Below, in pieces: positions 1-13,375 of a stretch of 64,000 nt of DNA (its first letter is position 1; the number at the start of each line of letters is the position of its first letter). Position numbers and translations under genes: made by a program. The DNA comes from Ancylonema sp. (lineage: Eukaryota), in NCBI GenBank assembly GCA_050230475.1, contig JBFLGF010000056.1, positions 1 through 64,000 on the forward strand. Reading direction: 5' to 3'. The notes beneath the pieces were generated by a model. That model did not search any database. It was not told the origin of the DNA and saw only the letters and a list, made by a program, of their open reading frames with translations.

Positions 1-536
1 AAATGGTATTGTACATAATGGAAAATATCTTATGCTATTTAGACACGACATCTTAAGGATGATCAAGGTGCCTTTTGAAGAGAGGTGCGAGTCTGAGTTG
101 ATTGTCAACAGGAAAATATACACCACGAACTTTTGGTCAGAAAATTATTGGTGGCTTTTGCGTGCAACATAAAGAGGTATACACGGATGTGTAGATATGT
201 GTGAGCGTATGTACGAGAAAAAATATCAGAAAAGAGCAAGTAAGAAACCATAGGATATGCAATGTGTTTGTATGACAACAAATGAAGCTATTAACATGAT
301 GAATGAAACGGTGAATGTATCAACATCTCCATCACACATATGTAAGTTGCTGCGAATACCTTTATTTGTTCACCCCATTTCATAGATGGAGATTGATACC
401 ACAATATGTTTTGAAAGGCCATCAAGTCTGCACTAGAGGTGGGAAAATGTGACATGGGTACATCTTCAAGAGGGCCATTGCGTTTTCCAGCATCAAGTCA
501 ATATATCTCCCATTCTCCTTTTCCTAATGTATCCCA

Positions 537-1731
537 CTATCCCAACACCCAATTTATAAACCCTCGATTGATTTTTTGAGTGCTCACGTATGAAGCACAC
601 TTGACATCTAAAATAAGGGCACTAGTCAGTGACTCTTCCCAAAATCTATTAAAGGTGCAATAGAAATACGTGTTGCGACCTTGAATTGCCCCAAGACTAC
701 GAGTTCGCTCAAGGTGTATGGTCATGACAAGTTCATCCGACCGCAATCGAAATATTTTGCAATAAGACCACTCTCTCTGATTGTATACTCCGTCGCTTCG
801 ACAGAAGTCATACAGAGCAGCACGACAGGTACGTTTGATGCCCTGTGACTTTTGATTCCTTGTTGATCTGACTCGTTCAAAGTTTCATTCTCCACCGTGT
901 GGAGCCGTACGCTTGGACATATCAAAACCAGTGGCTTCCAACGTCTCTGCAGCACGATCCTCACTCGGCTCCATTCCGTCTTTGGACAGATCGGCCACCA
1001 AGTTGTAATCTTCTTGTACTTTCCCGTACACTTTCTCGTCACCTGAAAACCTTTCCTCGTTCAAAGACGACTTCTTTTCAAACCCGTGATCTGCTGACTT
1101 CGCATCTTCCACACCTGTAAGTGGCTCCGAAGAGGAAGAAGTGAATTCGTTTGTCAGTCGTGGCGATACATGCCAAACATAATTCCGATGTACGGTCTCT
1201 GACAAAATGGTAGGACCGCAGCAGATGCGTCGTAGAGGACAACCAATTTTCCAGAGTCGTAGCATCTTTGATATCATTTTCAACAGAGCGCGGTAAAAGT
1301 CAGCGGTATGGAGCTACACTGCGACACCGGTGAAACTGACGCCACCGCTTTCTCTCTTCCACCACCTGGTCGCTTGATGCCAAAGTCTTAATCGGAAGTA
1401 CATCGCAAAGCGCAACGACAAGCTCCGATTTCCCGTCTTCTGAACACATTGTCTGCACTATCAGGCCTCTCATCAGTACCAGTTGTGGGTTCCTCAGTGC
1501 AGAGCGAAGGCAACCCACACGATCGTGGTTTTTCATGTATGTGGCAGCACTGTGCCAGGCGTCTAACGTTTGGCTGCCTATCGGCGTGCTTCCAATTAAA
1601 GCGACACCATGGGTGTGCCAAGTGTCAATATCGTTCGTGTGCACCCGCTGGTCATCGTATCGATAGAACGGCAGACCAAATATTGACGTTGTATACGGTG
1701 CTATTGAACGAACTTCGCGCCATTTGCGCAC
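537..1731 (-). pseudogene. Chain of overlapping, frameshifted protein-like ORFs of unknown family, head-to-head with SRT1
   Basis: Four minus-strand ORFs (1300-1731, 885-1283, 722-1042, 537-746) tile the region in alternating frames with complex amino-acid composition. No motif was recognised. Confidence 0.2.
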
Positions 1732-1895
1732 ATAATTTTCACTCAGACAATCGGAGGAGAATCATGTGTGATGTTTCCTGCCCCAGACCATTACACTTGC
1801 TTCACCATTTCCCATCACTTCCTGAGTGACCTCTACCAACACTCCTTACAAGCTGCTCGACACAGCATTTTAATATGCTGGTGTGAGGGGACGGT

Positions 1896-4800
1896 ATGTC
1901 ATTGGGATATGCTGAGCGATTGTCGTACAAGGATGACGTGGGCGCTGTGGGCATGCGAGAGCGGCCCAAAGAGGGCTCACTGGATCTCCGCAAAAAAGTA
2001 CCTCCCTTCTCTACGTACATTTACACAATTTTTTTATCACAGCCGCACAATGTCCGTGATAAATTGCATTCCATTGTCATCGTTTTATCGATGTACCATG
2101 TACCGCTTCTCGGTGGACTCGGACACATGTCCCCAGACTCGCCTATCGTTCCTCACTCATTTTGACCTGATTTGAAAAGTTAAGAACCGGCTTTCTCGCG
2201 GTGCAGGTTATTGCTCTTGTGGACCTTCTAAAACGGGTAGGTTCTTCCGTCTCTGCCCGCAACAACCGTCTGCTCGCCGGCAGCCGCAGTCCGTCGACTC
2301 CGCTGACGTCACCATTTTTGGTCTATTGTACAGAGTCGCCAAACAGTTGTGTTTACGGGGGCTGGCATCTCCACCTCCTCCGGGATTCCAGACTTTCGGG
2401 GGCCGAACGGCATCTGGACACTGCAGGTTCGTGTGGAAACTGAGATGCATGGACGTTCCCCGGGGACTGTTTTTCAAATATAACTTTACAGGAGGAATGT
2501 GGATATCAACCACGCTACAGTCTACACCCGATTTTACGTACCAAAAGCAACTCCTGGAGCTGTTTCAGAAACTCTGACGTCTGACTTGTCAGCTTTCATC
2601 AGTTCACATCACATACACGATTGTGTAGTTCGCATCCATTTCCGCATCACATGTCATGTCACATCGCAATACACACCCCGACATCACATGACACGTCAGC
2701 TCAGCACCCCCTCTCCGGTTCTCCCACTTATTTTGATTAAAAAACTCAACTCTGCCACCCGTCCACCCCCCCCCCCCCCTTCAGAAAGAAGGTCGCCCCC
2801 TCCCAACCGCCTCCACCCCCTTCGACCGCGCCCGCCCCACCTTCACTCACATGGCCATCGAAGCTCTCCTGGACTCTCAGATTGTACACTATGTGATCAG
2901 TCAGGTACACTTGGCATGGAGCACCCCTTTTTTTTTGTGTTTTTTTTGGGGAGGCCCGAAAGCTGTGACGAAGAACATCAGATACAGGTGTGCATGTAAC
3001 TTTTTTATTTTTTTAATAATAATATTTATAATAATGAACCCCTCCCCCCCTTCTTCGCGGGTACAATGATGAACATCACCCCCCTGCCCTCATGGACACG
3101 TGGCTGTTTTTGGACGTCAGAATGTGGACTGCCTCCACCTCCGCTCAGGCATCCCACGTTGCCAGCTGTCCGAGCTGCACGGGAACTGCTTCAGAGAAAC
3201 GTGCGCCAGCTGTCATGCAGAGTAGGCACGCCTGGTAGAGGCAGAGCAGTCCCATCCCGTCCCCAGCAACGGGTTCCGATCACTCGTCTAGTAACCGTGT
3301 ATTGCACCGGTTATCAGACCGGATAGTGGCTGTACTGAATGATACTGTGGTAGGGTGACTATAAGGAGGGAGAGATAGGACAGAGTCGGGGAAAGGGTGA
3401 GCTATTAGGTAACCCCCATCCCCCCTCAGGTATATCCGTGACTTTGAGCTGGAGACGGTTGGGCTGAAGGCCACGGGGCGGGTGTGTGGATGCGGGGGTG
3501 AGCTGGAAGACTCCGTGCTGGACTGGGAGGTGGGGGGGGGTGGGGCAACACGTGTGAGAATGGGGTTGCAATCGCTGATTGGGTTGCGGAATAGGGGATG
3601 AGGGCTGAGAGGTTGGGAGGTTGGGAGGTTGGGTGGGGATGGTCCGAACTCGATGCGGAAGTCTGGAATACACACATCATGACATATTTATTTCCTGCTC
3701 GAAAACGAACTGTCGATCATTGTGATCTACATATTTCATTTACCCAACCACGCCCCCCCCCCCCTTCCTATAATCAGGATGCTTTGCCTGAGGGGGAGCT
3801 AGAGGCAGCGGAGGAGGCGTGTGCGAATGCAGACCTGGTGAGGGGGAGGAGCGGGGCGAGATTCGTGTGAAAATAGTGTATCAGAGCTTATATCCCAAAT
3901 TTTTATTACTTGTAATAACAAAAAATTGTAGCACAATATTTCCATTTTTCATCAGTATTATTATTTTTTGTTTTTTTTGTTATCATCCGTTCCAGAGGCT
4001 TGCAGATTTCGTTTCCGTTTTAGTTTGTTTGGATGTGGTCGTCTGGGTGGACCGACGTGTTCTTCTTTTTTTCTTTTGCAGGTGCTCTGTCTCGGAACCA
4101 GGTATGCGTTCCGAAAATAAATATTAATACCAGTATTAATAAAAACAACGTAATTTATACCTTACGATATGGATATTACAGCAGAGGAGTTCACTTAGGA
4201 AAGTATTCTTCAGTTTTTCCCCCTCAGATTCACTTTTTTTGTCTCCCTCTGTTCTATGTGCAGTTCCTTTTCTTCTTCTCTCCTTTTTTCTATCGCCCCT
4301 AACTTTCGCCCCTAACAATCAGAAACCGTCATGGGTCCCACCCCCCCATCAACGATACGTTAATCGGTTTTCTTCCTTTTTTTCTTTTTTTTTTTCCCTT
4401 CTTCTTCTTCTTCTCTCTCTTTCTTTCTTTTATTCTTTTCGGTTTATTGGCCCCCTCCTCTAGTCTCCTTCTCCGAGGACGGCCCTCAAGTGTGTATGCG
4501 TATGTGTGGTGGGGGGGAGGTGTTATCTCATCCTCTAGCCTCCAGGTCACACCTGCCTGCAACCTACCCCTGAAGGCGATCAGGAATGGGGGGAAAATAG
4601 TGATCTGCAACCTACAGGTGCTTCCCCCTTCCCCCCCCCCCCCCAGCTGGGGGTGGGCTCTCTAGCTGACAGGTGGCGAGGTTGGGGGTGGGGATGGGGA
4701 TGGGGATGGGGATGGGGGTGGGGTGGTCAGGCGACTCCTAAGGACAAGAAAGCCGCTCTTGTGATACATACAAGTGTGGATGCGGTATGGAGACTACCGT

Positions 4801-5992
4801 CTTTATATAAATTATCATAAATTATTACAAATTATTATAAATTATCATAAATTATCATAAATTATTATAAATGATGACAAATTGTTACTGTAAACAGTAA
4901 ACTGTTTACAGTTTAGTGTTTTTGCATACCTTCTTCTGCTTCGATGTATAGAAAAACGAAACAAACGCTCAGAAAGTGCAACAAGAAATGACACGTTTCC
5001 GAGAAAGAAATAGATTGTGCAGCAGAACAAACTGCGCATATTTCGGTCCATCCACAATTTCCGCAACGCAGCATTCCAAGTCTCAAAGTGTACGCACGCA
5101 TGTTTGGAAGTCGAGATCCCACCGATCAATCAAACGATATAGCGATCCGACTCAACTCTCAGGTCATGTCCGCACCCGGATGACGTCGCTGACGTCATCC
5201 CCCGTGGTTGCTGACGTCATCAGGTGATGCGCCCGGTGGCGGAGCGGATGAGGATACAGGTGTCGCCTTTTGTGAGGATACATGCGCTGCGTGTGGTTGG
5301 GGCAATGATGACGCCTGCTGGTGAGCTGCCAGCTGTACATCTTGCGTACCCGATGGCTGTCAGCATTCACTTCTTTTGCCACTGTTCGCTACATGTGGAC
5401 GTGGCAGTGCTGACATCAGCATTTGAATTCGAAAAATATGGCAGGAATGCTTCCCGATTCTACTCCTTGAACATATCAGATGAGAGGATGTCAAATGAGA
5501 GGATATCAATTTAGAAGATATCAAATCAGAGGATATACAATCAGAGGATATTAAATTAAAGAAGAAGCACCTCCCCCCCCCCCCCCCTTCCCCCTCTCTA
5601 TCACTTATCAATAATTTAATGCTCACAGCTGCTCACAGCGGGGGAAGGGGGGTTTACAGAACAGGGGGCATCGAATCCGATACTGTCGGTGCGAGTTGAA
5701 AGCTGCGCGGGGCTGGGGGAGGGACTTCTGCCGTGGGTGCGACAGGTGGCGGTGAGAGGGTGTGAGGTCACGAGGGAGGGGATGCAGATCCAATGAATTT
5801 CTTTTTTTATTTTTATTTTTATTATTTTTCCCTTCGTTTTTTTGTCCCGTTTTTAAAAACTTTTTAATGCTCTGAATTGCATAATGGTCTTACAATTCCG
5901 AGGCTCAAGTTTGTGCGATCATGTGTATAGCAATTTATTCTACATGCTTATGTAAAAATATGAATATACATCCATAAATCTATATAAATATA

Positions 5993-6034
<42 letters not shown>

Positions 6035-7237
6035 CATATCTATGTACATGTATATACATATACATATATGTATACATATATATATATATGTATATATATA
6101 TATAAATATATATGTGTATATATATATGTATATATATATTTATATGTATATATATATATGTACATATATGTATGTATTTATCATTTTTTGTTTTCTTGCA
6201 AGTATATACTTATTTTTGTTATATTTTGTATTGCATTTTATCAGATATATCATTATTGTCAAAGCATCATTAAGCATCTTCAAGCGTTATTCCGTATAAA
6301 CATCGATGTACAGTGACAGTGTGTGCATGTATTTGCACGCATACCGTATGCATATGTGTGTGCACATATGATAAAGCATGTCTATATGTTTGGTCACACA
6401 TACCAAAAAAAATTAATGTCCGTATTTTCATGTCTATTGCGTATGCATACGTGTATACATACGTATGAAAATATACACAAGGCAAGGGGAAGGAAGGCAG
6501 CAGAGAATTGAGGGATTTTTTTTTAAATAGACGGGTTTCTATTTCTTCACATATTTGATGTGATGCTCTGTATGTATGCGCACCGATTGCCAAAATTGTA
6601 GATGCCTTGTGAACGCCTCAATACAAAGCCCACTCCAAACCCCGTTTCAAACCTTTCGATTCTGATATTTGCCATCTGAAATCGCCGCAGGTCAGCATTG
6701 GAGGTGTCGAAGTCGGGATTGTCGAAAAACCGCCTTTCCAGATTCTCTGGTGAAACCAACAGCACCAATCAGGAGAAAACAACAGAACAAACGAGTAACC
6801 GTTATTTTGCGATAGAATGTGACACCCCCATTGCTGCCAACTCTCACTTCTGCCAAGTCTTTCTGACATTCTGCCGTGTCTTTTTGCCCAGTAGTCCTTT
6901 TAAGATCTCGTAATTTTGAGAGACGTAAAGTAAGTGTTTGCCCCTAAATCCTAAAATCTTAGCGTTGAATTTTCCAATCTTTTCCCATCTTTTCCCATCT
7001 GCCAAAGTCCGATGCCAAGTAGCGAGCAGCTGGACAAATCTGTTGCGCAAGGTGGCAGAATCTCCAGCTGCCACGTGGCGGTGCGCCTGTCCCTGGCAGA
7101 GGGTTGCTCCTGTTCCGAAGTGCAGATCCCACTACAGGTAGATGCAACGATGTCATAGAATATATGATCGAATATATGCTGTATACATAAATGCGTTTAT
7201 TGTATATGTACATACATACATGTATATATATTTATAA

Positions 7238-7287
<50 letters not shown>

Positions 7288-8114
7288 GTATTATAAGATT
7301 AAGTGTGGGTTTTGGAGGATGCTCTGACAAGGAACAGTGCCGTATTGCTTGAAGCAATGGGATGAAAGATTGACTTTCTTTTACGCGGATTTTGAATTCA
7401 TGATTTCTAGGGACCCAAATACAACTGGCTACAGCCGATCCGATGACTGGTGATGTCTCAACTCAAATGTGTCGAAATCATGATGATGATAGAGAATTGT
7501 ATATCATTGAAAGACGACAGGAATTCCATCTCATTACAAGAACGTGCCTGTACAAAAACTGCATATCCTAAAAATGACAAATATGTGAGCCGATCGTACT
7601 AGTCAAAACTAGTAAAAACATGCAACTCTGCAGAAGAAAGCGGAATGACAAACGGAATGGTCGTGTTGTGAGCAACTCCATTCTGTTATTACAAAACGGA
7701 AATGATTGTTACAGAACTGGAAAGTGATTTGTGGTAACGAAGTCGGTGACGCAGGTGGAGCGAGTTGACTTTTGCGAGGCAGGCGCAAGGGATGAAGTCG
7801 AAGATGGGAAGAAGGAGGAGGAGGAGGAGGAGGTACGGGCAGAGCTTGCGGCACAAGCGATCCGGACAGGCGAAGCAGGCCAGGTGCGGAAAATTTCGGG
7901 AGATGTTGGGCAAGCGAGGAAAAAAGAAGGCATTTGGAAGGGAGGCGTGTTTTTGGTCGTCACCACATTGCAAAAGTATGACGTGGTAGGGGTGGGCGTG
8001 GGCGTGGAGGGGGAGGGGGAGGGGGAGAGGTGGGGGGTAAAGAGGGAGGGTGGGGATGGGGGGGGGCTGGGGGAAGGGGATGGGAGGAGAAGGTCTTTGA
8101 GAATAAAGAGGTAG
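1896..8114 (+). CDS. SRT1: NAD-dependent deacetylase sirtuin, class IV (plant SRT1 / SIRT6-like), 15 exons
   Basis: Exons: 1896-1997 ([20 protein letters not shown]), 2207-2236, 2334-2426 ([27 protein letters not shown]), 2785-2904, 3121-3221 ([21 protein letters not shown]), 3430-3529, 3778-3837, 4082-4101 (VLCLGTS), 4539-4617 ([12 protein letters not shown]), 4731-4784 (TPKDKKA), 5224-~5320, ~5630-5751, 6691-6749, 7023-7137, 7755-8114. Junctions are GT-AG and in phase. Boundaries of exons 11-12 are approximate. Confidence 0.95.
5985..6180. repeat. (AT)n / (ATAC) microsatellite in an SRT1 intron
   Basis: Long imperfect TATATA tract. Similar tracts lie at ~7200-7290, 14020-14280, 15900-15995, 20790-21010 and 61918-61968. 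Confidence 0.9.
7494..7630 (+). repeat. Dispersed repeat fragment (probable non-autonomous DNA transposon) in the last SRT1 intron
   Basis: CATTACAAGAACGTGCCTGTA...ACAAATATGTGAGCCGATCGTACTAG matches the reverse complement of ~29805-29940 and partly matches 30505-30560. Confidence 0.7.
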
Positions 8115-8551
8115 TCGATGATGACTTTTTCAATGTGAATTCGAATGTGGGGCAGGCGGGAACCGTAGGGGGAGTCAATGCATGAGATTTGTGGGAGGTA
8201 TCCGAAACGAATGTGAATTTGGGAAATGAGGCTTTTGTGTGCGGATCGAGTTTGGAGCCCGAAATTTGGAGCCCAAGAATTGGTGGTGAAGGGCGTAGCT
8301 TGAGCATTGGATTTTTGTGGCAAGAAGGAAGACACGTGGCAGCAAGTACAATGTTGTGATCCCCCAAACTTGGTCCACTGTAATGAAAGCATTATTGTAG
8401 TGTCAGTCGGGAAATGGTCCCTATGGCTTATAATGCCTCATTTGGAGTGGACACAATGTTGTCTTGAGGTTGTGATGGTTATTGTACATCGCCGCAAAGT
8501 ACAAATTTCCGCATATCATATTGAATGCCTAATCTAAGAAACGTAAATAAA

Positions 8552-8740
8552 GCAAATACTAGTTACAAGCATACTCGTTTTAGGCTCAATCACGTTACAG
8601 GCACCAAAATCGTGTGTACCGACTTTTCCCCGCCAAGTCATCTTCGTTGTAGGCACTAGCACACCACATCATAGGCAGAGCGAAAGGGATTTTTTTGTGC
8701 CTAACGAGTTATGACGCCATACAACATGCTAACGTCGACG
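8552..8740 (+). mobile_element. Degraded end of the pogo/Tc1-like TIR family
   Basis: AAATACTAGTTACAAGCATACTCGTT...CACGTTACAGGCACCAAAATCG...CTTCGTTGTAGGCACTAGCACACCAC is homologous to 33386-33657, 29958-30060 and the reverse complement of 28590-28872. Confidence 0.75.
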
Positions 8741-10608
8741 ATGGACTGGGGGAAGAATTGATGATTGTCAAGTGAGTGTGCTCTTGTGCTCACTTGAGCA
8801 TTTGTAAATGAGTGAAAAAATCCCAAAAGTGTGCCTCTAACGATTATTTACTTACCCGATTTGTTTGGGATCGGAGGGCCTACTACGTTCCAGCGCCTTC
8901 GCGTAGGTGTACAAATAAGAAATTGGCAAGCATGCTTCCATTCTCGTATGGCGTTTCATTACCAAAATGTATCATTGACTTTGTTGTACTACCCAAGTTT
9001 GAGAATGACTTTCGGTCGGGTGGAATTACATCCCATCTACACGATGGTATATGTGAGAAATATTTACGAAGGCAATAAAGAATCAAGGTCCATTCTTGTG
9101 TCACCGCCCACCTTTTTCTTGCGTTGCAAATAACTACTACTTTCTTTTACGCTAAAAATAATAATAGAGGTTGTGTGGGAGGAAAACTATTGAGCACACT
9201 TTCTAACTAGCATTAACAATACCATCATTGATTTTTGGAAAGCTTCGTATGGAGTGCAAGGAGAGAGCTTATCGAACTCTCGATGCATGCATAGGTGAGG
9301 AGACATATACACCGAATAAATATCGTTTATACAAACATGCACCTGTATATTGACAACTTCAAGAGATAACATTTCGTATATACACAAGCAGTCTAGCCAC
9401 CCATCCGCGTTCCTCGCTTACTACTATCACGTACTATAAGACACTCCTTTAGCATCCTCGAATCAGAGTCCCTACCTGATAGCCTTTTGTTGTCTAGCGA
9501 AGTCTGATGTTGTTTAGAAGCATTGTACTTCCCTTTAAATGCTGGCATGCAAAGCAAGGCCTGGATCATTATCATCCCTCTTCGTCCTCCTATACCAGCG
9601 CCACCTTCACAGAAATCAATAGCTGGACATGATAACTTCATGAAGTCAATGAAACCTGTTCAGGCAAGAGCAGGTCGTATACTTCCAAATTCTGAAAGTT
9701 AGCCGAAATTGCCTTCGCTTCGGTCCTGCACACTTCATCTTCCCTCCATCGCTTGAGAAACTGGAGGTTGAAACGTGGGAGCCAATCCCTTTTCCCCAAC
9801 GCTGAGCAGAGGCTGCTTGCTGCCCACGTGGCATATGGGATCGCTGACTGGATCCTCATCATCACAGCAGGGTGCTGGGCAGAAGTAATATGCATTGCAC
9901 GCCCATCCACATTGCTTCTTATTCCTATGAGGGAGGCAGATGCGGATGTCAGCGCTGTTGAAATAGCACCCATTTCCCCGCCAATTCAAGTCGTCTGCGT
10001 GGTACTCATTCAGTAACCGTCTCTCCTCCACACTAAAATGAGAGTCGAAGCAGTTTTTGAAGTCGGATACGTCTGCGTTAGCCATGCCCGACTCTCCTAT
10101 TTGATCATAACCTGGAGAATAGGGCGCGGAGTTTATTGACTTCAGGCTGCTTTCGAATGAATTTGGATGAAAAAATATTCACGTACCAAGATTGAGGTGC
10201 TACTTTCATGCAGCAAAGTATCACATCTGAGAGTCTGCATGTAGCGGAAGTATTGGGGCGGAGACGACGATTAATTATCATTACTGTATATCGATTGCAC
10301 GCGCAACATTGTGATTCAGCATACATTCGGTATCGGAGAGAATCGGCGTAGGGGACTGAGGGGGCCAAAAAGAGGCTCACAAGTCGAACAGGCGCAGACT
10401 GGTGTCCTGACAGCAAGCCAACAAGTAAGCGCCATCTGGCGACCTGTCGTACGCACACGTGTCACTCAAGTGTCAAGTAAAAGTACCGGAGACAGAACCG
10501 AGCGTTCATTTGACAGGGCTGTGTGAGGCGAAAAGCAATATCGCCAATTGTATTTCTGCCCGACAAGGGGCGATTCAATAGATGCCCAGGGAATAAAGGG
10601 AAGCTTTT

Positions 10609-11140
10609 TGTCGTGCCATCTAGCATCGTCTACTCCCACACGTGTAATGCATCCACAGTGACGAACATATCGACACGTGTCTCCCCAAACGTGTGACCAC
10701 GCCAAGTAAAACCCCCCCCCCTCACACGTGCGAACCCGCACGTATGGGCTAATGTACTACACCCATACATACTCATGCCATGTGTCTGTCCTGCTATCTA
10801 GCATCGTCTACACACACACACGTGTAAAGAACCGCTATAACGAATTCAACGCACGTGCCGTAGCGCTGACGAGCACATTGATACGTCTCCCACACGAGTG
10901 ATCACATCTGATATCGCACGCCACCTCACACGTGCGAACCCTCGCGTGTGGTCTAATACATTGCACACATGCATACCCATGCCATGTGTGCAATCACAAT
11001 CACACTCACTCACTCATCTACACCATGCACCATCGGGTGCATGCGTACAACTCAAACTTCTCTACTCCGCCATGTGCAAAACGATTCTAAGTAAGATTTA
11101 CCCAAGGCAAAGTGATTGCTTGGGTAGCTGTACTTGAGTG
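10609..11140 (+). repeat. Two tandem copies (starting 10609 and 10787) of a CACGTG-rich dispersed repeat beginning TGTC(G/C)TGC(C/T)ATCTAGCATCGTCTAC
   Basis: The same family recurs at 13049-13140 (+), ~30120-30250 (-), ~34800-35030 (-) and ~48890-49171 (-). Class is unresolved (hAT end or LTR-like). Confidence 0.75.
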
Positions 11141-11499
11141 TACGAAACTGTGATAAGGGTATAACTCTCACATATTTTGGAAGCTCGGTCTATCGCTGAA
11201 TTCACCTGCTAGGGACTCAATCGACGAGTATTCAGGGATCTAAAGCAATGCCAACTAGGATGCAGATAACGCAATAACAATGCACAAAGTGTGCGAGGAT
11301 AACGGTTAGACACCACCAGGGCTCACTCTGACACGATAAGCGTCAAAGTGTTACGGAGTATTTTGTTTGTCACTTGTCCAAGCATGACATGCAAATCTAT
11401 GTCCAAGAATTCAAGTTCCACATAACCTCTCAGCATGCGTTGAAGATCCAAGAATCTGTTTGCGAATAAATCGCGCGCACGATGAAAAACCAAAACATG

Positions 11500-12850
11500 T
11501 AGTGTGCCGAGTTCTCCGTTGTACAAAGTGGCAGGTGCTACCATGTCGTCGGTGTACAATATAATAGGTAACAGGTATTAAGGCTGGCTCTCTGACCGTC
11601 TCACGCTTTGGCTCGATCACAGAGTTGCTATGTACCGAGGAGTCACTCGTATGTAAATATGTTCCTTCCTCCACCAGAGAGGTTGTCGCGCGCAGAACAG
11701 AAATAAGTGCAGAAATACAACCAATGTTATCGTCACTGTCTAAAGATATGCTACGGTGCAATATGGAATCAGCGGCTCTAAACCACGTCATCCATGTCTA
11801 AACTTCAACTCTGAATGACAAATCGATGACGGACTTATTCAGACAAAACTGTCTAAAGACAGAATGCCCTTGAACGCTAGATGCGTGATGGAGATCACAC
11901 AAACGACATTTGCAGATGAGGCATCAGCCGGTTCTATAAAGCATGCATCGGCGATGGACCAACATGCACACGCGATGAATTATGAAGGATTTTTTTTTGA
12001 ATAAGTGATGTTACACACGAAAGGGTTGAGTGGATATACTTCCTCATACAACTTTTTGTCTCCTCCACCGTATTGACGAAACACGTGGCGGACATAGCTC
12101 GATAATGTCAAATTACTGAACCCCAACAGTACGATCCTAACTCAAATCGACGGACCCCGTTTATAGACTCAAGTACAAAATCGATGACGCGTCACATCAA
12201 ATCACGCTTGTTCGAACGAGAACGAACTAAAACACGGTGTAAGCGATCAAATTCATCTATAGCGAAACGATGTAAACTAGCCTGACACCAGGTTCGACAA
12301 CCTTATGAAGGACGAGGTGAGATAAATCTTCCGATCTCGATATGATGCATTCTCGAGCCCCAATCAGTGCACTAAATGTGCGCTCGACCCGGAGTTTCAA
12401 GACAGTTTAGCCGAGAAGGCATGAAGGCGCTACGGACGATATGTACACTTATGCTTGGCGGCGAGAAAGAGGCAAAGCGTGCATTGATGGGGCACGCAAC
12501 TTACTTCAACAAGGAGGGAGATTTCGCCGAGAGGCTCGACATGTCCATGGCGAAGGACGTGCCGTCATATTCAGCATGGAGGCGAGTTTTCTGAGCTTCA
12601 AACAGTTAGGGTGTTGGCCATGGAATTTGGGGCTTGAGAGTGTGAGCGAAATTGGAGCGTGTTCGACTTTGTCCATTCTAAGAAGCGCAACTGTTTAACA
12701 CCCAAGAGGGCAAACGATTTAGTGTATGTTTTTACCAACATGAGGTTGGGGAAGAGTTTTAGATCATCTGAATCATTTGCTGAATGGGACAAGGGATTAG
12801 AGATGGCTCAGGAAGAAGGGGAAGAGGTCGAGTGTGCATGTAGGACATGA
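11500..12850 (+). pseudogene. Decayed hAT-superfamily transposase (DUF659/dimerisation-domain type)
   Basis: ~12641-12750 reads CERNWSVFDFVHSKKRNCLTPKRANDLVYVFTNMRL, a hAT C-terminal dimerisation motif. ~12377 reads CALDPEF. ~11912 reads ADEA-SRFYKAC across a frameshift. Multiple stops and frameshifts. Confidence 0.85.
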
Positions 12851-13375
12851 GTTGTAATGTGGTGTTGTTTGATGTGATGTTGCTAAAGGAGAAGTAATCT
12901 CCCCTCAATATAATTCTTTGTTATGTGCGTTGTCATGATGCGTAATATATAATGTCTTTACTGAATTCATGCTGAGGTCCATATTAGTATAGATATCGTT
13001 GTATATACATTGTCTAGTATGAGGTAGCATGTTGTTTGTATGATGTTGTAGCATCGTCTAACCCCACACGTGTAATGCCACCACACTGACGAAAATATCG
13101 ACACGTGTCTCCCCAAACGAGTGACCACACCTGATAAAAATCATAATTCCACACATCGTAGACCGTTACATAAACCGCAAACTTTGAGATCTACATCTAA
13201 TTTTCTTCTCCAATTTTAGATTGGGCCTAGACCCGGTGTTCGGGGCCTTTTTGCAGTTGTTCATGTTCATGGTAGTGGTTCAAGTCCCCACGTTTTTGTT
13301 GATTTTTTTTGTTTTTGTCGTCGTCATCATTGTTATTGTTTTTTGTTTTTCCCATCTGGAGTCCGTCGTCCCCAC

